This document shows positions 51,641 to 62,872 of a stretch of 64,000 nt of DNA, piece after piece; the first letter of the stretch is position 1, and each line of letters begins with the position of its first letter. The stretch is from Chiloscyllium plagiosum (lineage: Eukaryota): the NCBI RefSeq assembly GCF_004010195.1, contig NC_057720.1, forward strand, positions 5,306,177-5,370,176, read 5' to 3'. The notes beneath the pieces were generated by a model that saw only the letters and a program-made list of their open reading frames with translations, was not told the origin of the DNA and did not search any database. Both the position numbers and the translations under genes were made by a program.

Positions 51641-53298
51641 GCCTGCCCAGTCTGATCAGTCTGTCTTCATAGGACAGTCCAGCCATGACATGAACAAGTC
51701 TGGTGAACCATTGTTGCAATGAGTCTCTTCGTCCCGCACCCCAAGTTGCCCCACAAGATAAGGTGATTAAAACAGCATACAGTACTCTAGGTACTGTAAA
51801 ACTAAGCTCAGATACAACTGAAGAAAAGCTTTAATGCTCCTGGACAGCATGGAGGAGTTGAGCTGAAGGGTCTGTTTCAATGATGCATGACTTCATGACT
51901 TTAATACTTCTGTACTCAAATCCTGTGATTTCCATTAGCGTCCCAAAATGTTCGTTGCTGCTGCCTGTTAGCATTCAATGACTTATCTATTTTCAAATCT
52001 ATACTTTCCAACCTACCACCTTTTCCGAATTACTGTTATTCCTATCAAAGTAAATAGCCTTACATTTTTCCACTTTATATTCCAGCTGCCATGTCCACAA
52101 TCACCAAGCCTGTCCAAGTCTTCTTGACATTGTTTTGGTGTCAAAGAACAGGAACAGGTTCCAAGCCTGCGCCAATCCATATGCTCCATCAAAATTCAGC
52201 ACCTATTTTCTAAGGATCTATATCAGTTTGCTCCCTGTCCATTCATGTGTCTGGCTACATAATCTTAAATGACGCTATCGTTCCCACCCCCACTGGCACT
52301 GCATTCCAGACACCCACCACCCTCTGTGTGAAGAACTTTCCACTTTAAACTTTTTCCCTCTCAGTGAACTCATGACCCCAGAGTAATTGGTCCTCCCGTC
52401 TGAAAAAAAGCTTCTTGCTATCCATCCTGTCTACACCCATCATGATTTTGTAGACCTCAATTAGGTACCCCCTCAACCCCCTCCTTTCCAATGACAACAA
52501 TCCTAATCTACTCAACCTCTCCTCATAGCTAGCACCCTCCAGACCAAGCAACATCCTGTTTAACGTGCTCTGCACCCTCTCCAATGCATCCATATCTTTT
52601 TGGTAATGTGATGATCAGAACTGTACATAGTATTCCAAATGTGGTTGAACCAAAGTCTTATACAACTATGACATGACCTGCGAACTCTTGTACTCAATAC
52701 CCCATCTGATGAAGGAAAGCATGACGTATGCCTTCTTGACTACTCTACTGACCTGTCTTGCCACCTTCAGGGAACAAGGAACCTGAACATCTAAATCGGT
52801 CTGTACATTAATTTTCCCCAGGACTTTTCCACCATATAGTCCACTCTTGAATTGCATCTTCCAAAATGCATCACCTTGCATTTGTCCAGATTGAACTACA
52901 TTTGCCATTTCTCTACCCAGCTGTCCAATCTATCTATATTCTGCTGTATTCTGACCGTCCACTTCACTATCTGCTACTCCACCAATCTTAGTGACATCTA
53001 CACACTTGCTAATGAGGCAACCTACACCTTCCTCCAAATCATTTATGTATATCACAAACAGGTGGTCCCAGCACATATCCTGGTGGGACACCACTGGTCA
53101 TAGGTCTCCATTGAGAGGTTCCCTTGCACTCCTACTGTCTCCTGCTGCCCAGCCAGTTCTCTATCCATCTAGCTAGAATACCCTGCACCCCGTGTGACTT
53201 CACCTTCTTCATCAGCCTACCATGGGGAACCTTATCAAATGCTGAAACTTTATTGCTGGAACAGCACAGCAGGTCAGGCAGCATCTAGGGAACAGAAG

Positions 53299-53334
53299 AT
53301 TCGACGTTTCGGGCACATGCCCTTCTTCAGGAAT
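53299..53334 (-). ncRNA. Minimal type-I hammerhead ribozyme, best-preserved copy
   Basis: AUUC-CUGAAGA-A-GGGC-AUGU-GCCC-GAAA-CG-UC-GAAU: stem I AUUC/GAAU, full catalytic core, stem II, palindromic ACGU stem III and a GUC cleavage triplet. Confidence 0.75.
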
Positions 53335-53784
53335 GAGCAGAGAGTGTTCAGCAGGAGAAGATAAAAGGTAGGGAGGAGGGACTTGGAGGAGGGGCGTTGG
53401 AAATGTGATAGGTGGAAAGAGGTCAAGGTGAGGGTGATAGGTCGGAGCAGGGTGGAGGCGGAGAGGTCAAGAAAAAGACTGCAGGTCAGTGTTGGAGACC
53501 CAGATTCACTGTGAATACAGGCCCCAAAACTCACCCAGCGACGGCTCACAAAATCCGCTGGTATCACTGATTGCAACATTCCGTAAAAGACCTTCAAGGA
53601 AAATAACACCAACTAACTTTCCAATAACAGAATGGGAGAACATCAGAAACAGGGGCAGGCCATTCACATCCTAAGCCGGCCTTGCCCTTCACTAAGACCA
53701 GTCTGACCTGCTCCAAGTCTCAAATCTTCCTCAATGTCCAAGTCTACTTGAGCACTTTCATAGAGCACAGAACAAAGAACAGTC

Positions 53785-54230
53785 CTGATTTGAAGATGCT
53801 GGTGTGGGAATGGGGTGTACAAAGTTAAAAATCACACAACACCAGGTGATAGTCCAACAGGTTTCATTGGAAGCACTCGAGCTTTCGCAGCATCGCTCCT
53901 TCATCAGGTGATAGTGGAGGGCTCAATCCTAACACAGAATTTATAGGACAAATTTGCAGTGTGATGTAACTGAAATTATATATTGAAAATTTGATTGTTA
54001 GCCTTTCATATGTTAGAATACCATGATAGTTTAATTTCTTTCATATGAAAATCACAAAACCTTTTTTTTTAAAGTTGCATTCTCAGGTTAACTGCTAACA
54101 AGAGCTCGACAATATGGTGACGGTGTTGCCTCCCTGTGTTCTCTCTCTATGCCATGATGTTTAGATTGATTCTCATCTAAAAGTGAGATAACGGAGTTTT
54201 ACATGACTTCATGCAGTTTTTGAGCTCACA
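53785..54230 (-). mobile_element. PLE-type 3' end (family 2) with hammerhead motif at 53879-53907
   Basis: The minus strand reads CTGATGA-A-GGAGC-GAT-GCTGC-GAAA-GCTC. Confidence 0.65.
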
Positions 54231-56932
54231 GTGCTACAGGAATGCATGCAGTTCGGACCTTCATCCCTCGACGTTGTGCCATTTATCTTCTCTAAGATCA
54301 GACTAACCTACATGCTTCCATTTACTTTGTTCCATGTGCCTATCTAAGAGTCTCTTAAGTTTCTCTCACGGAAAAGGTGGGGGGGTGCGGCCAGTGTTTT
54401 TGCGGAAGATGGATTGTTCCACATACCCTACAAAGAGGCAGGCATAGCTGCGGCCTATGCGGGTGCCCATGGCTACTCCTTTTGTTTGGAGAAAGTGGGA
54501 GGATTGGAAAGAAAAGTTGTTCAGGGTGAGGACCAGTTCGGTCAGTCGAAGGAGGGTGTCGGTGGAAGGGTACTGGGTGGTACGGCGGGAAAGGAAGAAG
54601 CGGAGTGCTTTGAGTCCTTCGTGATGGGGGATGGAGGTGTACAGGGACTGGATGTCCAGATGAGGCGTTGGGGACCGGGGAAGCGGAAATCCTGGAGGAG
54701 GTGGAGGGCGTGGGTGGTGTCACGGACGTAGGTGGGGAGTTCTTGGACTAATGGGGACAGGACCGTGTCGAGGTAGGAGGAGATGAGTTCGGTGGGGCAG
54801 GAGCAGGCGGAGACAATGGGTCGGCCGGGGTAGTCAGGTTTGTGGATTTTGGGCAGGAGGTAGAAACGGGCGGTTGCCTTACTAAAGTCCATGTATATGA
54901 CATCTACCTCCCTTCCCACATCAATCAACTTTGTCACCTCTTCAAAGAATTCTCTTAGGTTTGTAAGACATGACCTTCCCTGCACAAAACCATGCTGCCT
55001 CTCACTGATAAGCCCATTTTCTTTCAAATGTGTACATATCCTATCATCAATATCTTCTCCAGTAGCTTCCCTACCACTGACATCAGCCTCACAGGTCTGT
55101 AATTACCTGGATTATCTCTGCTACCCTTCTTATACAAGGGGACAACATTAGCAATTCTCCAGTCCTCTGGGATCTCACCCCTATTCAAGGATGCTGCAAA
55201 GATATCAGTTAAAGCCCCAGATATTTCCTCTCTCGCTTCCCTCAGTAACCTGGGTTAGATCCCATCTGGACCAAGGGACTTGTCCACCTTAATGTCTTTA
55301 AAAATACAGAACAATTCCTCCCTCCTTTTGCCGACTTGACCTGGAATAATCGAAGATCTATCACTATCTTCAACATCTGCCACGTCCGTCTCCTCAGTGA
55401 ATATCAAAACTAAGTACTCATTAAGAATCTCACCCGTTTTCTCTGACTCCACACATACCTTTCCTCCTTTGTCCTTGAGTGGGCTAACACTTTCCCTAAT
55501 TACCTTCTTGATCCTTATATATGAATAAAAAGCTTTGGGGGTTTTCTTAACTCTGCTCGCTAAGGACGACCCTTTACAGCCCTCTTAATTCCTCACTTCA
55601 GATTGGTCCTACATTCCTGATAATGTTCCAAAGCTTCATCAGTCTTCAGTCACCCAGACCTTCCCTACGCATCATTTTTTCTCTCAGCTAGTCTTATAAT
55701 TTCACCTGTCATCCATGGTTCCCTAATCTTGCCATTTCTATCCCTCACTTTCACATTAAATCTCTCCTGAACTCTAAACAACCTCTTTTTAAAAGCCTCC
55801 CACATATCAAGTGTAGATTTCCCTTCTGACAGCTGTCCTCACAACACATATTCCTGCTCAGCTTTGTTCATCTACAAATTTGGAGACATTACATTTGACA
55901 GATTGAAAGTAGCTGGGGCCCCAAATGTGATGGTTGCAGAACCACAATAGTCAGTCTGCCAATTTGAGAATGACCCACTTGCCCCATTCTATTTTTTGTC
56001 TGTTAACCAATCCTTAATTTATGCTAGCATATTCCCCAACTACTGATCTCTAATGAACCTTCTATAAACTGCTTCTAAATGTGCACCTGCTTAAGGAGAG
56101 CAGAACTGTATACATTGGGTGTAGTTGCTCTGAAGCTTGTTGCAAGGCTTCTACACTTTTATATCCCAACTCCCTTGCAATAAAGATTAGTAGAGGCAAT
56201 AAAAATCAGTTAATTGCTTTACCACTATTCAGGCAGACAGGAATGACAGCAAGACATCATAAAACCGCCTGCATTTCTTTGAAGAATGCTGTGAAATCCT
56301 TAGCCTCCACCCAAATGAAGAGATGGTATAGTCTCATCAGCCTATAGCTAGTAACATATTATAAACAATGAGCAAACGCAGGCAAATGGGACTAGTTCAG
56401 TTTAGGAATCCTGGTCAGCATGCATGAGTTGAGCTCCAGGGTCTGTTTCCATGACTCCCTATGACAATGGTGAATTACTTAAGATCTTTCAATGATTAAG
56501 ACTTGCTGTTTGGTACAGATTACACATGCAAACCTTAGATTTTTAACATTGCTTCATGCATTTATGCTTTCTTAATTGCTGTTGTAAACCTTAAGAGTGG
56601 TTTTTAACAGAGTATACACTGACCTTTCATCTGAGCACCTTGCTGCGTCAGACTGATGAGACAAAAATCTTGTCTTCTATCTCTCCAACATCAACTTAAG
56701 GAAAACTCATGAGCCTTCTTGGACCTTCTCAACATTACACCTAATCGGGCAACTTCCTACTGTTGCCTCCTTACAGACACACAAAACATTTCCAGCAGGC
56801 AAAAAAACCAAGACAGAAGACCTTGTTGAAAGATGTGCATAAAACTATAAACCCTTCCAATTAACTTTCTTGCTTTTAAACCAGTTCCAAGCACCTTGAG
56901 TTCCCCTATGTAATTATGTAGAACAGGAAATG

Positions 56933-57109
56933 CAAGGCAACCTCGATTATCCGAATGACACGGGCAGGCAGTATTTTGTTCAAATAATCAACTATTTGGA
57001 TAATCAAATGTTCGTATAGTACAGCTTACCCAAGCATCGGGACCTTGAGATCTTGTTCAGATAATCCAAAATTCAGATAATCGACGTTTAGATAATCAAG
57101 GTTGCCCTG
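56933..57109. mobile_element. Tc1/mariner-pogo (Tigger-like) MITE
   Basis: TIRs caaggcaacctcgattatc / gataatcaaggttgccctg followed by TA, with internal repeats of gataatc. Confidence 0.75.
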
Positions 57110-57369
57110 TAAGAGATTAAGCTGCAAAATGTAGCAAGGCAAGGTGATAGGCACACATCCATAAATTGGCCCTCAAACTGGGGTTTTCTGAGTTGGCAGA
57201 ACAGGGCAAACATATATTGCTTTAATAGGTGACTAGCAACATTGCAGGTTTGGAAACTTAATGACATAAGTGTGTGAAAGCCTAACTACCATATCCTGTT
57301 TAATCTTCTGAAGCAACCGAACTATCAAAAACTCATTGCAATAAAAAAGACAAAGCTAAAAGTCTTGAG

Positions 57370-57945
57370 GCACAGTGCTAGTGTCCCTATCTCTGATTCA
57401 GTAGGTGAGTTCAATTCTCACCAGCCCCAGAAATGTGACATAACATGTGGAACAGGTTGATCAAAATAAAAAATAAGGCAAGCCAAACTACAATCATACA
57501 CAAAACTGCACCTATCAAAGTGCGATAGACTACATTTCAGGCATCGTTACAATCCAGCAACTGTAATGAGTTATAAACTAGAGGTAGAGCTGTGCCACCA
57601 TTTGTAAGAACATCTGCTGTCAATAAGCCATGTAGAGCTAGGATGCAACATATATAGTTTTTAAAGTACAGTGGTAATGTTCCTACCTCTGAAGGACCTG
57701 CAGGTTCATGTTATACTTGCTCTGGAGGTATGTGATGACATCTCTGACCAGGATGACTAGAAAATATCTACAATTGCAGTCAAATAGACCAAGGTAACAT
57801 ATGACCAAGTCCCCAAATTTGGTGTCAGTTTCTGTGGCGCAACTGGTCAGACCATTCAGCCCTTATCGAAAAGTTGGTGGTCAAGGTCCCATCTACTCCA
57901 GAGGTGTGTAACAACATCTCTGAACAGGATGATTAGAAAATATCT
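57370..57945 (+). repeat. Three short (~110 bp) tRNA-derived SINE-like copies (another near 39078-39190)
   Basis: Each has cagtg(g/c)ta.tgt.cct, a gttca B-box-like segment and the shared end taacat(c)tctgaacaggNtgatNagaaaata. The third copy has a different head. Confidence 0.6.
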
Positions 57946-58244
57946 GGATAGAACACAGTACCAGTTGATCATAGCCACAACTGCCTCCTTTTTAGGAATG
58001 CTTCAATTAATTTGCCCACCTTCATACGTGCAATTTTATTTGTAGCCCCTTGTTAACATTCTAATTCTCTGCCTTTTTCCAATTCTGGGTCAAAAAGTCT
58101 TTGAGGTTCAGAATTTTTCTCACTGTCAACTGTATGTGAAAGTTTAGCTATTGCTATTCATATCTTCTCTACAATGTATAAAAACAAAGAGCTGATGATG
58201 TTGGAAATCCAAAACGAAAACAATGGTAACATTTTGAATTATAA

Positions 58245-58577
58245 TTAGAATTCAAATCCCTGCAGCGTGGAAACCGGCCTTTCAGCCCAACAAGTCTGCA
58301 CAATCCCTCCAAAGAATAACCCACGCAGACCTTTCCTTATCCGATATTTGCCCCTGATTAATGCACCTAGCCTACACATCCCTATGGACAATTTAGCATG
58401 GTCAACTGACCTAAGCTGCACATCTTTGGGCTGTGGGAGGAAACCAGAGTACCTGGAGGAAACCCACGCAGACACAGGGAGGAAACTCCACACAGACAGT
58501 TGTCAGAGGCTGGAATCAAACCTGGGCCCTTAGCGCTGTGAGGCAGCAGTGCTAACCACTCAGCCATCGTGCTGCCC
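58245..58577 (-). mobile_element. HE1-type V-SINE
   Basis: Same body as 22534, 27386 and 35036. Confidence 0.88.
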
Positions 58578-59884
58578 AATATAACTCTTCTTTAGAATCA
58601 ATAAGTCATTTTAATTTGGAAATGCTAACTCTGCTTTCTCTCCACAGATGCTGACAGACCTGCTGAATTCCGCCAGTGCTTTTCGTATTTTTTTTCTTCT
58701 TGACTCATCCTTTGTTTCTTTTCTTAATCCATTATCACCTCATTTTGTCATGTATCATCAAATATTTGCAATATAAAATCCCCTTATACACCTTTTTGGA
58801 CCTCTCCTATTTTTCCTGCCTGGTGTTCAAAACCTCTGAAAAATCTCCTTCCCATATTATCAAAAGGCTGTGAATTGAAATTTTAACTCTGCCACTCTTC
58901 CCAGATGCTGTCTGACTTGCTGAGTAATTACTAAATTTTCTGTTTTTATTTCAAATTACCAGCATCCATAATATTTTGTTTTTAAACCATTTAACAATTT
59001 TGATCAAGCTTGAGGTCTTTTTTGATAGATGTACCAGTCACTCAATTTTCAAAACTGTTGTTTCTCTTTAATGTCACTTTTCTGAAGCCTTATATAATTC
59101 CAACGAACAGCATCTTCAGAAAAGCCTTGATCACACATGCAACCGAGTTGAGATACAATACAAGGATTTTAATCGGACTATAAATGTAAGGTAATACATG
59201 TTGGAAGAGCCAACAGCAAACTCTTTAATACTGAAAGGTTTTTATTTTGAGATTGGACAGGATGAAAAGGATTGGCAAGTGATTAATCATATCTTGAAAG
59301 CATCTGGTCAGAGGGAAGTAGTATTTAAGCTAAACAGTGTCCTGACAAATTCTTCTGGACAGCATATACATAGCGGATAGGCCTAAAATGAGACCAATTC
59401 CAGAGAATGCTTTGCAGATTTGGGTCCTACTTCAAAAAGGGACACCAATTTATTCAGAAGCATGCAGCAGGGCTGATTCCAGGCTACAGACAAGCTGTCA
59501 CAAAGGAAGATTCAAGCAAATACACTTTTTTTTGCGCTGTAGAAAATAAAATTGAGGGAAACCATGACATGAAAGCTATAAATAGAGTTTTATTTGAAGT
59601 AAAACAAGTCCCATGAGCCAAAGTCTACAAGACAAGCTCCAACTTCAAAAGTCTCTCAGCAAGGTCAAAATTTCAAAAAAAACAAATTATCTCAACAGTG
59701 GACACAGGGATCAAACTCCAAGATAAGGTAACTAATGTCCAATCAGTCAACAACCTAAAGGATGCTGATAACTACTATATTTTTAATGCTGTTCAAGATC
59801 ATGAGGTAAAAATGGTTCATCATCTGAGTGGAGCAGACCTGGTGGGTTGATTAGCCTAATTCCAGTCTTCAATCACAATGAATT

Positions 59885-60365
59885 TTACAGTCAGAAATAT
59901 ACAGCGTGGAAAGAGACCCTTCAGTCCAACTTGACCGTGCCAATCAAATATCCTCGATAAATCTATTCCCATTAATCAGCATTTAGCCCATATCCTTCTA
60001 AACTATTCCTATTCATATGGCCATGCCTTTTAAATGTTGCACCAGCCTCCAGCACCTCCTCTGGCAGCTCATTCCACACATACACCTTCTTTGGCATGAA
60101 AAAGTCGCCCTTTAGGTCCCCCCTCAAATCTCTTCCAATTAAACTTACGCCCTCTGGTCTTGGACTCCCCCATCCGAGGGAAAAGACCTTATCTGTTTAC
60201 CCTAACCATTGTCTCTTTTCATGATTTTATAAAGTTCTATAAGGTCACTCCTCAGCTTCCAACTCTCCAGAGAAAAAAAAGTCCTAATCTATTCAGCGTC
60301 TCCCTATAGCTCATACCCTCCAACCCTGGCAACGTTTCTGTAAATATTTTTTCTGAATCCTTTTT
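59885..60365 (-). mobile_element. CR1 3' fragment
   Basis: Aligns by eye with 6581-7070 (ctctggcagctcattcca..aagtcgccc..ggtcactcctcagc). Confidence 0.8.
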
Positions 60366-62403
60366 GGCACTTCTCCCCATTGGCTACTGTAACTTCAGTA
60401 TAAACTGATTCGATGTCTAAAATGGGTTTCTGCCAAGGTTACAGCAACCAATTGGTAAAACCTAAGAGGAAATTCCCACTATATATTCCTGCAGCTACAA
60501 ATAACTAAGAAGCCCAGAAGGCGCAGCCACTATGCTATTATGATGCTATTCAGGAATACTACAGCTATTACTCATTCAATCATGCTCAGACCTATATATC
60601 TTTAAATCCTTGCATGTATTTACCAAATTTTGATTGGACGCAGAAATACAAATTGCTCCATGCAGAATAAAGAATAACTTAAAAAACCATAGATCACACC
60701 AAACCAAACCCCCTCCCCATTTTGTAACAGCTGAAATTCTATGAGAGCTTACTATCTGGGAATTACCATCTGCAATGTATTGTCTCAGTATAGTGGCAAA
60801 TTGTCTTCATTTTGTTCTCATTGCATTGTTTGCCCATCAACAAAAATGGTGATGACAACCAACGGCTAGGATGCTCCATGCACTGTATGCATGATAATAT
60901 CCTCACAAGCAGATCAATATCTCAGCCAGAATTACTGCTATTTTCAGTAAACAATCATAAATCAGCCAGTAAACAGCGCAAAACAAAAAGCTTGTTAAAA
61001 AAAACTACAATGCGAGTTCTCTTTCAAAATACTGTTAATATGTCAATGAAATGTCAAACAGGTTGAAATTTTGAATACTTTTAGTAACAGAAGCATAAAA
61101 ATTACAACCATGACTACTTTTCTGACCTCAAATATCACAATTTGTAAGTTTGCAAATTTGTCATGAAATAGTTAATTAACAAGATTATACAAGAATAAAG
61201 CTGATAAACAAAATTAATTACTCCTCAAATCCTAACAATAAAACAAGTTATCATGAAAAATTTCAAAGATTACAACTAATCACCAAATTAAAGCCACAGA
61301 CTGATGTCACAAAACCATACTCTGAAATTAGGTTGCCACTTTTAACAGCTACTCTCTTGCCTCTGGAATTAAGATTACTGCACAGATAACATGTAGCAAA
61401 AGGAAACTCAATGTTGTACCACAAATATTCTAAAAATGGCACTTGAGCAATTGTAACCTATTGCTCAAGATAAATTGTTACAAATATATTAAACACAATA
61501 TATAGTTTCATCATAACTATTCAGTGTTAATAATCCAAACTTCATAAGCAAGTAATTAACTTCCAGGCAGAACAAGAAAATAAGCTTTCAGGTAACATCA
61601 TTCAGAAAACCACTCTTTGAACATGGCTATTACCACCTCAAATAGTTTTGTAGTTTGCAAGTGACTGCTGACTTCCTAGCTGTCCGCAGGTGTCAAAAAT
61701 AGGCTGACAGCAGTATGCTGACTTAATCTTGCCTAAATTGACAACTTACAGTGCAAAAATATAACCATCCCTGATCTCAAAATACTAGTAATATTTGAAA
61801 ATCTGTATAAGTTCTTAAAAATTACATCCACTCCGGGGGGGGGGGGGAGAGAAGAGACGGGGAGGAGTAGAGGAGGGTGATAAATTACACAACTCGTATT
61901 GAACTCATGTCACATGCTTTTAACTGAACTGTTAAAAACAAAAAAAAACTTTGTCTACAAACGGGGGGGGGGGGAAGAGAGAAGGTACATGTTTCAACGA
62001 AATACCAGGTAAAACTCTTACAAGAGAAGGCCTCAGAACAAAACAAATAACTTTCGAAAACAGCAGGTTGTTATTTTTCTCATTCTGCAACTCTGTTCCC
62101 TCCACACACACATACATAAACACACACACACAATCACAAGCTGAACGGGGCTCGGGAGGAAGAGGGAGAGTTTGTAAGTTAATTGTTTTAATGAGGCGGT
62201 ATTAAGGCAGGACAAGGGGGTCTGGGAGGGAATCATGGTCACATCGGGGACTGTTTGAAAGGAAAAGGAAAAGGGGAGAGAACACACAGACAGATCTACA
62301 GTGAGAAGCTGCAGGGGGGCACTAGGCCCGGAACTGAATGAATGAGCCTGAGGCTCTCCCGCTCCCCCACAACATCCCCCACAGTCTCCGCAATGACACT
62401 CAC

Positions 62404-62449
62404 CGCTCTCGATCTCGTTGCCTTTTTTGGCGGTCGCAGCGTTTCCCAT
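62404..62449 (-). CDS. PRKACB: Coding exon 1 (46 nt, phase-1 end) of PKA catalytic subunit, probably C-beta-1; rest of the gene lies beyond position 1
   Basis: The minus strand reads ATG GGA AAC GCT GCG ACC GCC AAA AAA GGC AAC GAG ATC GAG AGC G|gtgagt = MGNAATAKKGNEIES(V). Human C-beta-1 is MGNAATAKKGSEVESV and C-alpha-1 is MGNAAAAKKGSEQESV. There is a canonical donor, a strong Kozak context (aggATGG) and a myristoylation Gly. Beta versus alpha rests on 15 residues only. Confidence 0.9.
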
Positions 62450-62850
62450 CCTTCGGAAGACACTGAGGGAGAGGGAGGGGAACTCGGTGGCTAAAGCTTT
62501 GTCCTGTCGGTCTGTGTGTGTGAGTGTGTCTGTGTGAGGGCTTTAGGGCCTGGGCCTTGGGGGGCTGCACTCTCGTGATTTTATTCCCCCCCTCCACTCC
62601 TCCTCCCTGATGTTCTCCTGCTTCTTCAGGAAGGAGTGAATCTCCCTCTCTCCGTCCGGGAGGAGGCGCCGCTCCGGCCGACCCCGGGCTCGCTCTCTCC
62701 CTCCCTCCCTCTCACACACACAGAGGCAGGCCTCCGCCTCCCGGCTGGCTGACAGACAGACAGACTGGATTGATGTTAATTCCCTGTCGGCATCTAGCGG
62801 CTGTGATTTCCCTGGGGGCCGCCCCCAACCTCGTCGTCGTCCTTCTCCTC

Positions 62851-62872
62851 CGCCACCACCACCACCACCACC
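62851..62872. repeat. (CCA)n trinucleotide tract in the promoter/5' UTR
   Basis: cgccaccaccaccaccaccacc, read directly. Confidence 0.9.

Larger units (their letters stand above)
53243..54874 (-). mobile_element. Penelope-like composite: RT fragment 54365-54874, hammerhead-bearing 3' end 53243-53490, further nested pieces
   Basis: ARFYLLPKIHKPDYPGRPIVSACSCPTELISSYLD..PLVQELPTYVRDT and GVAMGT are PLE RT signatures. The CR1 flanks rejoin as cttatcaaatgc|cttactaaagtcc. Confidence 0.85.
52140..55830 (-). mobile_element. CR1 ORF2/3' end, split at DFSKA|FDK by a PLE composite
   Basis: ORFs 55255..55452, the N-terminal part of 54542..55027 ([24 protein letters not shown]), 52666..52908 and 52345..52593. 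Confidence 0.88.
1..62403 (-). other. PRKACB: Intron 1 of the PKA C gene (continues past window start)
   Basis: Begins gtgagt at 62403 on the minus strand. No exon 2 (VKEFLAKAKEDF) was seen in the sequence or ORF track. The region is repeat-dominated and AT-rich. Confidence 0.8.

Noticed and set aside
54542..55027. 161-aa ORF fusing CR1 RT to Penelope RT in frame
   Set aside because: It is a chance fusion at an insertion junction. It frameshifts soon after and both parents are decayed.
22534..58577. tRNA genes, and the same orientation of all four HE1 SINEs
   Set aside because: The A/B boxes are SINE heads rather than full cloverleaves, and four copies are too few to claim a strand bias.
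61835..61974. Poly-G runs (G-quadruplex potential) near exon 1
   Set aside because: These are simple homopolymers on the template strand, error-prone in assemblies, with no further support.
62033..62403. Extension of the PRKACB ORF to 138 aa
   Set aside because: This is read-through into intron 1 past a canonical gtgagt donor; similarity to PKA stops at the donor.
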